Positions 16,910 through 24,528 of a DNA stretch of 64,000 nt are shown piece by piece (positions within the stretch are counted from its first letter, which is position 1; each line of letters starts with the position of its first letter). A program made the position numbers and the translations under genes. The notes below the pieces were generated by a model. That model was not told the origin of the DNA. It made no database searches and saw only the letters and a list, made by a program, of their open reading frames with translations. This DNA comes from Anaerolineae bacterium (GTDB lineage: Bacteria; Chloroflexota; Anaerolineae; VGOG01): the NCBI GenBank assembly GCA_034431315.1, contig DAOUDK010000004.1:15975-79974 (forward strand), read 5' to 3'.

Positions 16910-18328
16910 GTGTCAAAGAAACCAGATTGGTTCAAAGGTATATTCCCGGCCTTGGTCACGCCCTTTACCAGGGATGACCGGGTTGACGAGGAGGCGTTTA
17001 GAGCTCTGATCCGCCACCTTCTGCCCCATGTGGATGGGGTGGTGCCGGTGGGCACTACCGGGGAGTTCGTGTACCTGTCGGAGACCGAGAAGCGGCTGGT
17101 GATTGATATCGCCGTTGACGAGGTGGGGGGCAGGGTGCCGGTGGTGGCCGGCACGGGATGCGCCAGCACGAGGGATACCGTAGCCCTGACTCGATACGCT
17201 CAGGGCGCCGGGGCTACGGCGGCCCTGGTGGTGGCGCCCTTCTACCTCAAACCCACCTTCAACGAGGTCTACGAGCACTACGAGGCGGTCAACGAAGTTG
17301 GCCTGCCCATCATCCTCTACAACATCCCCCAGTGCGCGGGCACCCACTTCAAGTGGTGGACGGCCGAGGGGATGGCTTACCTGGACAACGTGGTGGGCAT
17401 CAAAGATTCCAGCGGCGATATGCCCTTTCTGATGGCCCTGTTCGAGAAAGTCAAGGGGCAGATCGGCATCTTCTGCGGCCACGACGAGATAGTGATGGCT
17501 GCCCTGGCCGCTGGCGCCGACGGGGCCATCCTGGCCAGCGCGAATCTGATCCCCGATCTCTGGCAAAAGATCTATTCCGCTGTAAAGCAGGGGGATCTGG
17601 CCATGGCCCAGGATTGGCAGGCCAGGGTGCAGAAGCTGGTGCGCATCGTCGTGCGCAAGGGAGCTACCCAGGCGGTGAAAGAGGGCCTGCGGATGATGGG
17701 CCTGGATATGGGCAACTCCCGCCACCCCATCATGCCCGGCGGGGCCTTCGAGCGGGAGGACCGCGAGGAGCTGCGCATCCAGTTAGAGAACCTGGGCAAA
17801 ATCCAAATCCAAAGCTCAAAGCTCAAAATCCAAATTGAGGACTTCACCTTGCGCGTCGGGGAAGGCTTCTCTGGCCCGCCCTTCTTCGAGCTGGCTCACG
17901 TTGACCTGCTGCTGGGCGTCCGGGAGGGGCCGGTGGGCAGAGCTATCGCCAGGGCGTTGGGGGAGCCACGGCCTTCGCACGGACTGCGCGTCATCAACGA
18001 GCGGCCGCGCACGCTGCTGGTTCCGACCGTGACCGTGCGCACCAAGAAGCAGGCTGGTCACGTCTATGACGACGCCGCGCGCGGCATCAACCTGGCAATT
18101 GCGGCCAGCATTGAGGATGGCAGCCTTCCCCAGGGGGCCTTGGACGACCTGGCCATGATCGCCAACGTCTTCATCCATCCAGCCGCTGCCAACCGCAAGC
18201 GCATCGAGTTCAACAACTACAAGGCCATGCGCCACGCCATTCGCAAAGCCATCGAGGGCCGGCCGACCCTCGAAGAGTTGCTCAACGAGAAAGAAGCGGC
18301 TCGCCATCCCTTCAGATATGCGCCGTGA
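16910..18328 (+). CDS. DapA-family class I aldolase fused to a Fae-like domain
   Basis: GTTGE, ILYNIP, GIKDSSG. The C-terminus has ELAHVDLLLG, VFIHPAA, NNYKAMRHAIRKAIEGRP and HPF, all Fae hallmarks. Start at GTG 16910 after AAGGAGG. Confidence 0.88.
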   Translation: MSKKPDWFKGIFPALVTPFTRDDRVDEEAFRALIRHLLPHVDGVVPVGTTGEFVYLSETEKRLVIDIAVDEVGGRVPVVAGTGCASTRDTVALTRYAQGAGATAALVVAPFYLKPTFNEVYEHYEAVNEVGLPIILYNIPQCAGTHFKWWTAEGMAYLDNVVGIKDSSGDMPFLMALFEKVKGQIGIFCGHDEIVMAALAAGADGAILASANLIPDLWQKIYSAVKQGDLAMAQDWQARVQKLVRIVVRKGATQAVKEGLRMMGLDMGNSRHPIMPGGAFEREDREELRIQLENLGKIQIQSSKLKIQIEDFTLRVGEGFSGPPFFELAHVDLLLGVREGPVGRAIARALGEPRPSHGLRVINERPRTLLVPTVTVRTKKQAGHVYDDAARGINLAIAASIEDGSLPQGALDDLAMIANVFIHPAAANRKRIEFNNYKAMRHAIRKAIEGRPTLEELLNEKEAARHPFRYAP

Positions 18329-18333
18329 GCTGT

Positions 18334-18439
18334 CTTAAGACCTCGGAGGTTTCCGGCAGTGCCTCTGCTGGCAAAGTTGCCTTGATTATCTGGTTGGTTT
18401 GCTGGCAAAATCGTGTCTGAAAACCTCCGAGGTCTGGAT
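18334..18439. repeat. ~105-bp MITE/REP-like element with AGACCTCGGAGGTT termini, copy 1
   Basis: Terminal inverted repeat; closely similar reverse-complement copy at 53104-53220. Confidence 0.88.
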
Positions 18440-18455
18440 GAATGAAGGAGTCCCA

Positions 18456-20174
18456 ATGAACAGGAAGCTTGCAGCGCTTTGGTGCTTGCTTCTCATTGCC
18501 GTGTTAATTGTCGGCGGCAGCACTTTCCCGGCTATGTCTCAAGGCCCGCAGCCAGCCGCCCTGGTCAAGATAGACCTGCGGACGGAGGGCGATCTCCAGC
18601 GGGTAGAGGCTGGCGGGCTGGCCGTCTATGCCCACCTCACCACCGGGGACGAGGACTATCTCGTCGCCGGGGCTACCGAAGATGACCTGGCCTCTCTGGC
18701 GAGCCAGGGCTTGGCCTATCGCGTCTTGGATGAGGAGCTTGCCCCAGGGGAGTATTATCTGGTCTACCCGCGCCACGCTGACCAGTTGTCCCTGATCCCA
18801 CAACATGGCAGGCTCCTTCACTTCGACGGCCTCCGTGCCCTGATCCGGTCTCCGGCAGTTGAGGCGGAGAAGTTGCCTGTGCTGGGCCTGGAGATCAGGT
18901 GGCTTCCTGATAGCCCCATCCGCCTGAGCCCCCCCGTTCCCCCCAACCCTTCGACCTTGCTCAGGGCAGGCTTTGGGGGGCTAGGGGGGCAGCCCGACCC
19001 GCTCATCGCGGAGATGATCGCCCAGGTTGATTCAGATACCGCTTATCTCTACGATGGCAATCTCAGCGGCGAGAACGAGGTCACCATCGGTGGGCAGCCC
19101 TATACCCTCTATACCCGCTACTCCTACAGCGGCGAGCCTGTCCAGAAGGCCACGCAGTTCGTCTACGAGCACTTTGAGAATCTGGACCTGGAGGTGGAAT
19201 ATCATAACTATAACTGGTCGGGCAACTACTGGCGCAACGTGGTGGCTACCAAGCCGGGCCTCACCGATCCTGATGACATCTACGTCGTTTGTGCTCACGT
19301 GGACAGCATATCGAACGATCCGTACAATTACGCTCCGGGGGCTGATGACAATGCCAGCGGCACGACGGCGGTGATGATCGCCGCCGACATCCTCAGCCAA
19401 TACGACTTCGGCAGCACCATCCGCTTCGTCACCTTCACCGGGGAGGAGCAGGGGCTCCATGGCAGCCACTACTACGCCCAGGATGCTTATTACCAGGGCG
19501 ACAATATCCTGGGCGTGCTCAATTTGGACATGATCGCCTACGACTCCGATGATCAGCCCATCCTCGAGCTTCACGCCGGAACCGGGCCTGGTTCCATCGC
19601 CATCGCCAACCTGTTCACCGATGTGGTGGATACCTACGACCTCAACCTCGTCCCTGAGATCATCACCACCTGGGCCACCGACCGGAGCGATCATGCCTCC
19701 TTTTGGGACTACGGTTATAACGCCATCCTGGGCATTGAGGATTGGGAGGGTGACCGCACCCCCTACTATCACAAGACCAGCGATCAACTCAGCACCCTGG
19801 ACATGGACTATTTCACCGAGTTCGTCAAAGCCTCCGTGGGGACCGTGGCCAGCATGGCCTGTCTGCTGCCCGAAGGTAAGGGTTACCTTGAGGGCACAGT
19901 GACCGACGCCAGCAGTGGCGATCCCTTGGTGGACGTGACTTTGACCATCGTGAACCAGGAAAACAGCGACCAGACAACAACCGGTACAGACCCTAGCGGC
20001 TACTATACCAAGACCCTCTCCATCGGCCTGTACGACGTCACCGCCAAGGCTAGCGGCTATTATTCAGCGACAACGGGCGGCGTGGAGATACTGGCCGATG
20101 AGGTCACCACTCAGGACTTCGCCTTAGAGCGGTGGTATCGCGTCTACGTGCCTCTCTTGTTTAAGAGCCGTTGA
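18456..20174 (+). CDS. Secreted M28 family aminopeptidase with a carboxypeptidase-regulatory-like C-domain
   Basis: Signal peptide; intact Zn ligands in CAHVDS, PGADDNASG, GEEQG, NLDMI, YYHK; C-terminal VYVPLLFK. Confidence 0.9.
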   Translation: MNRKLAALWCLLLIAVLIVGGSTFPAMSQGPQPAALVKIDLRTEGDLQRVEAGGLAVYAHLTTGDEDYLVAGATEDDLASLASQGLAYRVLDEELAPGEYYLVYPRHADQLSLIPQHGRLLHFDGLRALIRSPAVEAEKLPVLGLEIRWLPDSPIRLSPPVPPNPSTLLRAGFGGLGGQPDPLIAEMIAQVDSDTAYLYDGNLSGENEVTIGGQPYTLYTRYSYSGEPVQKATQFVYEHFENLDLEVEYHNYNWSGNYWRNVVATKPGLTDPDDIYVVCAHVDSISNDPYNYAPGADDNASGTTAVMIAADILSQYDFGSTIRFVTFTGEEQGLHGSHYYAQDAYYQGDNILGVLNLDMIAYDSDDQPILELHAGTGPGSIAIANLFTDVVDTYDLNLVPEIITTWATDRSDHASFWDYGYNAILGIEDWEGDRTPYYHKTSDQLSTLDMDYFTEFVKASVGTVASMACLLPEGKGYLEGTVTDASSGDPLVDVTLTIVNQENSDQTTTGTDPSGYYTKTLSIGLYDVTAKASGYYSATTGGVEILADEVTTQDFALERWYRVYVPLLFKSR

Positions 20175-20203
20175 AGTGTGAAACGTGAAACCCTTGTGGT
20201 TAC

Positions 20204-20232
20204 TTGCTACTTATTTGGCGACGTGGTATAAT
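20204..20232 (+). promoter_or_regulatory. Sigma70-type promoter
   Basis: TTGCTA-17 nt-TATAAT. Confidence 0.75.
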
Positions 20233-20260
20233 TACGCCCAGATAAGTGTAAAGGAGATCC

Positions 20261-20477
20261 ATGAACCGCGCTGTCACCTTCGAGCACAATCTTGGACCGG
20301 GTAGCAGAGCTCGTGTTCGATTTATGAAGGAACGATGTGATGCGGCCGGGTGGCACAACAGAGAAGACGGCACTATCATTCTCCGATTACAGCCAGGCGC
20401 TAACGTTCGCGCACGAAGACATCAAGGCAAACTGGCAGGTCTATCGCGATAGGTATCAAAGGTGGTTGAAACAATGA
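20261..20477 (+). pseudogene. Frameshifted, internally deleted partner gene of DUF5647 (putative toxin)
   Basis: One frame gives MNRAVTFEHNLGPGSRARVRFMKER. A different frame gives DVMRPGGTTEKTALSFSDYSQALTFAHEDIKANWQVYRDRYQRWLKQ*, whose stop overlaps the next ATG (ATGA). Confidence 0.6.
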
Positions 20478-20749
20478 GGGACGACAAAATATTTGAGTTC
20501 AACGTTGACTTACAGGCAGCGTTCATGCAATACGTCATCGCCCAACCAGGTGTCCTGGATCAGTTGCCGGACGATTTCCAACTGGTGATCCTGTCCGACG
20601 ATGATCCAGAGCTGAGTTGGCGCAACCTGGAGCTGCTGAAAGAACAGGGCGACGCTGACAAGCCGATCGTCATCGTCCGTATGCGAACTCAGGAACTCGT
20701 GGACATGACGACTCAGCCACTGCAAATCTTTACCCCTATTGCCGCCTGA
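20474..20749 (+). CDS. DUF5647 family protein (putative antitoxin)
   Basis: FMQYVIAQPGVLDQLPDDFQLVILSDDDPELSWRNLEL pattern; ATGA coupling with the upstream frame. Confidence 0.7.
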   Translation: MRDDKIFEFNVDLQAAFMQYVIAQPGVLDQLPDDFQLVILSDDDPELSWRNLELLKEQGDADKPIVIVRMRTQELVDMTTQPLQIFTPIAA

Positions 20750-20792
20750 TCATCTACCCGTCCTCAGGACGGTTTCGGCTTGGGAGGAAGTG

Positions 20793-21512
20793 ATGCGATC
20801 TGTTGTTTATGCAGCGCTTGTCTTGACGCTGGTGGCAAGTCTTGGCTTGGGGGGCTGTGGCCCTTCGGCTTGGCTCAGGACAAGCCCTGGCATTGAGGAG
20901 GTGAGGGAGGCAGCGGCCTCCCCGCCGCCAGGGGAAATGGCTTTGCCAAAGCCGAGGTTGCAGGGGGAACTCTCTCTTGAGGAGACCCTCGCCCGGCGGC
21001 GCTCAGTGCGGAGTTTTACCGAAGAGGAACTCACTCTGGAGGAGATCTCTCAGCTCCTCTGGGCTGCTCAGGGGACGACGGCCGCCTGGGGTGGGCGGAC
21101 CGCTCCCTCGGCCGGGGCTCTCTATCCGCTGGAGGTCTACGTGGCTACCGCTGATGGACTCTACCACTACGTGCCCCAGGGACACAAAGTGATCATCGAG
21201 TCCCAGGATGACCTGCGTCCCAAGCTCTGGGAGGCGGGGCTGAAGCAGGACGCGATACGAGATGCTGCGGCGGTCTTCGTTATCACTGCGGTGTACGAAA
21301 GGACGGCCAAGAAATACGGTGGCCGGGCCGAGCGATACGTCAAGCTGGAGGCAGGCCACGCCTGCCAGAACATCCTCCTCCAGGCCGTGGCTCTGCACCT
21401 GGGGGCGGTGCCCATCGGCGCCTTCTACGATGACCAGGTTCAGGCCGCCCTCTCCCTTCCCCCCGACCACGAGCCTCTCTACCTCATCCCCGTGGGACAT
21501 CCTCGGCAATAG
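20793..21512 (+). CDS. SagB/ThcOx-type nitroreductase family protein with a lipoprotein-like signal
   Basis: RRSVRSF, RTAPSAGALYPLEVY, EAGHACQN; N-terminal LGLGGC lipobox. Confidence 0.9.
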   Translation: MRSVVYAALVLTLVASLGLGGCGPSAWLRTSPGIEEVREAAASPPPGEMALPKPRLQGELSLEETLARRRSVRSFTEEELTLEEISQLLWAAQGTTAAWGGRTAPSAGALYPLEVYVATADGLYHYVPQGHKVIIESQDDLRPKLWEAGLKQDAIRDAAAVFVITAVYERTAKKYGGRAERYVKLEAGHACQNILLQAVALHLGAVPIGAFYDDQVQAALSLPPDHEPLYLIPVGHPRQ

Positions 21513-21619
21513 TTCTGGCGCGAAGACGGCCAATGTGATTGGCTTCGGCCTGAGCTCAGCCGAACGGCCTGCTACCCTACGATGGTGAACCGCTGCGCGA
21601 GCTCTCACAATACGCTGCT

Positions 21620-21648
21620 TTGACTAACTCGCCGAAAGGTGATAAACT
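21620..21648 (+). promoter_or_regulatory. Sigma70-type promoter
   Basis: TTGACT-17 nt-TAAACT upstream of trpB2. Confidence 0.6.
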
Positions 21649-21699
21649 ATGGGCAGGCGCAGTGTTGCGCAAATTTTCCAAAGTAAGGAGGCAGCAACG

Positions 21700-22992
21700 A
21701 TGAGAAGACAAGTCAACCTGAGAGTGGAGGATTTGCCCCGTCGCTGGTACAATATCCTCCCCGATCTGCCTGAACCCCTCCCCCCGCCCAAGGATCCCGA
21801 GGAGGGGGAATCGAGGTTGGCCGCCCTGCCCAAGATGCTCCTGGCGGAGTGCCTGAAGCAGGATGCTTCAACTGAAAACTGGATTGACATCCCCGAAGGG
21901 CTCCAGGAGCTTTACGCCCAGGCCGGGAGGCCTCGCCCCCTCTTCCGAGCTGTGAATTTGGAGAAGAGGTTGGATACGCCGGCCCGGCTGTATTACAAGG
22001 CCGAGTTCTATAGCCCTACAGGCAGCCACAAAGTGAACACCGCCGTGGCTCAATGCTATTACGCCAGGCAGGAGGGGTACGAGCGGGTCACCACTGAGAC
22101 CGGAGCCGGGCAATGGGGGACGGCCCTGGCCTACGCGGCCAGCCTGGTGGGTCTGAAGTGCACCGTCTACTGGGTCAGGGCGGTGTATAATTGGAAGCAC
22201 GACCGCAGGAGCTTCATGCACCTTTTGGGCGCGGAGGTCAACGCCTCGCCCAGCCCTAAGACCGATTTCGGGAGGTCACTTTATGAGAAGGATCCAAACC
22301 ACCCCGGCTCCCTGGGCATCGCCATCTCTGAGGGCTTGGAGGACGCTCGAAAGGATCCCAAAGCCGTCTATTGCCTCGGCTCGGTGCTGAATCACGTCCT
22401 CCTCCACCAGACGATCATCGGGCTGGAGACCCAAAAGCAGTTCGAGATCTTCGACGACTATCCCGACGTGATGATCTCCTGCATAGGTGGGGGGTCGAAT
22501 TTCGGGGGCTTCGTCCTGCCCTTCGTGGGGGATGTCTTCAAAGAGGGGAAGAAGATACGCTTCATCGCCGCTCAGACCGAGGTGTCGCCGAATCTGCAGG
22601 GTGAGTACAGGTACGACTTCGCCGACCACGCCGAGACCACGCCCTTGCTCAAGATGTACACTTTGGGCCATAGGGCGGAGATGGAGCCCATCCGGGCCGA
22701 CGGGCTGAGGTATCACGGCTGCGCGCCCATCTTGAGCCTGCTCAGGCACCTGGGTTACATTGAGACGGTGGCCTATCCAGCGGACGAGCGATACGTCTTC
22801 GAAAGGGCCAAGATGTTCGTTCAAGCGGAGGGATACCTGCCCGCTCCCGAATCGGCCTACAGCATCGCCTGCGCCATTGACGAGGCGCTGAGGTGCAAAG
22901 AGGCCGGAGAGAGCAAAACCATCGCCTTCAACATATCAGGGCACGGGTTCATGGACATGCAGGGCTACAGGGAGGTTTTGGGCCTTCCGTAG
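21700..22992 (+). CDS. trpB2: Tryptophan synthase beta-like PLP enzyme (TrpB2)
   Basis: WYNILPDLP, PLP Lys in TGSHKVNTA, TETGAGQWG, GGGSN, PAPES; no trpA adjacent. Confidence 0.9.
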   Translation: MRRQVNLRVEDLPRRWYNILPDLPEPLPPPKDPEEGESRLAALPKMLLAECLKQDASTENWIDIPEGLQELYAQAGRPRPLFRAVNLEKRLDTPARLYYKAEFYSPTGSHKVNTAVAQCYYARQEGYERVTTETGAGQWGTALAYAASLVGLKCTVYWVRAVYNWKHDRRSFMHLLGAEVNASPSPKTDFGRSLYEKDPNHPGSLGIAISEGLEDARKDPKAVYCLGSVLNHVLLHQTIIGLETQKQFEIFDDYPDVMISCIGGGSNFGGFVLPFVGDVFKEGKKIRFIAAQTEVSPNLQGEYRYDFADHAETTPLLKMYTLGHRAEMEPIRADGLRYHGCAPILSLLRHLGYIETVAYPADERYVFERAKMFVQAEGYLPAPESAYSIACAIDEALRCKEAGESKTIAFNISGHGFMDMQGYREVLGLP

Positions 22993-23004
22993 AGGAGAGC
23001 GGCA

Positions 23005-23409
23005 ATGCAGGGAGTGGTTAAGCGGGAAGAGCCGGTTGGGCTGAGACATCTAACCAGCCGGGAAAAGGCAGCTTTATCAGAGTTCGTCGCTAGGCTGCGG
23101 GAGAGGTATGCTGACCAGGTCGTGCTGGTCACGCTTTTCGGCTCCAAGGTACGGGGCGATTTTGACGAGGAGTCGGACGTGGACGTGTTGGTGGTGGTGC
23201 AGAATGGCGATTGGCGCTTTCAGGATGAGGTTGCGTTGACCGCCTTCGAGCCGATGCTGGAGCATGATATTGTCATCACACCTCTGGTGATTGATCTGGA
23301 GCATTATCAATGGCTTCGGCAGTATCGGGCTCCTCTTTATCGCAACATCCGGGCGGAGGGACTAGACTTATGGACGAGAACACCCGCATCATCGTCGGCA
23401 TTCGCTTAG
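23005..23409 (+). CDS. Minimal nucleotidyltransferase (MNT) antitoxin 1
   Basis: GS-X10-DxD motif (FGSKVRGDFDEESDVD). Confidence 0.9.
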   Translation: MQGVVKREEPVGLRHLTSREKAALSEFVARLRERYADQVVLVTLFGSKVRGDFDEESDVDVLVVVQNGDWRFQDEVALTAFEPMLEHDIVITPLVIDLEHYQWLRQYRAPLYRNIRAEGLDLWTRTPASSSAFA

Positions 23410-23774
23410 AGAAAGCACGCCAGGATCTGGAGGCGGTGCGCCAATTGACTGACTCCGCCATGTACCGCATAGCCATCTCGCGTGCCTATTACGCCATTTT
23501 TGGGATGACTACGGCTGTTCTGTTGACTAAGGACATTGACCGTAGCAAACACTCTGGCGTCCAGGCCGCCTTTGGCCATTATCTCATAAAACCCGGGATC
23601 ATTGAACCTGAGTATGGCAAGATCTACTCGTTACTTCGGAGGGCCAGAGAGGAGAGCGATTACAGCGATTACTGCCAGTTCACCAAGGAGCGCGCCGAGA
23701 AGTTACTGACCGACGCCGAGGGGTTCGTAGCCCGAATGGAGCAGTATCTGAGAGAGGTGGGGGCAATAGAATGA
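23370..23774 (+). CDS. HEPN domain protein 1
   Basis: AISRAYYAIF, SKHSGV, REESDY; overlaps the MNT end; start at ATG 23370. Confidence 0.88.
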   Translation: MDENTRIIVGIRLEKARQDLEAVRQLTDSAMYRIAISRAYYAIFGMTTAVLLTKDIDRSKHSGVQAAFGHYLIKPGIIEPEYGKIYSLLRRAREESDYSDYCQFTKERAEKLLTDAEGFVARMEQYLREVGAIE

Positions 23775-24160
23775 GCGATGACAGTTTGCGGTATCTGACT
23801 GGCAGGGAAAAGGCAGCTCTGTCGGAGTTCGTCGCCAGGCTGCGAGAGAGGTATGCTGACCAGGTCGTGCTGGTCACGCTTTTTGGCTCCAAGGTGCGGG
23901 GCGACTTCGACGAGGAGTCGGACCTGGACGTGCTGGTGGTCGTCGAGGGCGACGATCGGTGGCCTTATTGGCGCGAGATCACCGACTTAACCTCTGACTT
24001 GTTGCTGGACTACGAGGTCAACGTATCCGCTTTAGTATTCGATGAGCAGCATTACCAGTGGCTGATGGAGCATCGCACTCCCATTTACAATAACACGGCT
24101 GGGAAGGGGGTCTTTGTATGGATGAAGAAACGCGGCGAATCATCATCAAGGTACGCCTAG
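23771..24160 (+). CDS. Minimal nucleotidyltransferase (MNT) antitoxin 2
   Basis: FGSKVRGDFDEESDLD; N-terminal half nearly identical to MNT 1. Confidence 0.9.
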   Translation: MSDDSLRYLTGREKAALSEFVARLRERYADQVVLVTLFGSKVRGDFDEESDLDVLVVVEGDDRWPYWREITDLTSDLLLDYEVNVSALVFDEQHYQWLMEHRTPIYNNTAGKGVFVWMKKRGESSSRYA

Positions 24161-24528
24161 AAAAATGCAAGGAAGACCTTCAAGCGGCGCGAGAATTGCT
24201 GAGGCTAGGTTTCCTTCGCGCTACCGTGAACAGGGCTTATTATGGCGTCTTCCATATCACTTCGGCTGCATTGCTCACCCTTGACATCGAGCGCAGCAAA
24301 CATTCAGGCGTGCAATCTGCCTTTAGCCAGTTCCTTGTCAAGTCAGGCCACATTGAGCCGGAGTACAGCAAGATATATGGCCGGGCCAGACGATTGCGAG
24401 AGGACTACGACTATGCCGACGAACTGAGGGATTTAGGCGAGAAAATCACCGCTGATTTGCTGGCCGACGCCGAGAAGTTCGTGGCCAGGATGGAACGCTA
24501 TCTGAGGGAAGTGGGGGCAACAGGCTAA
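24118..24528 (+). CDS. HEPN domain protein 2
   Basis: TVNRAYYGVF, SKHSGV, REDYDY. Confidence 0.88.
   Translation: MDEETRRIIIKVRLEKCKEDLQAARELLRLGFLRATVNRAYYGVFHITSAALLTLDIERSKHSGVQSAFSQFLVKSGHIEPEYSKIYGRARRLREDYDYADELRDLGEKITADLLADAEKFVARMERYLREVGATG

Noticed and set aside
14897-18328. Annotation as ordinary dapA (lysine biosynthesis)
   Set aside because: The substrate-binding Arg after YNxP is missing, both carry extra Fae-like domains, and no dap/asd genes are nearby.
20793-21512. SagB-like gene as part of a RiPP/azole biosynthesis cluster
   Set aside because: No YcaO, precursor peptide or dedicated exporter is adjacent; stand-alone SagB-type nitroreductases are common.
23370-24528. HEPN proteins as CRISPR effectors or antiviral RNases
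   Set aside because: No CARF/Cas context and no clear R-X4-6-H motif; they are paired with MNTs like TA modules.
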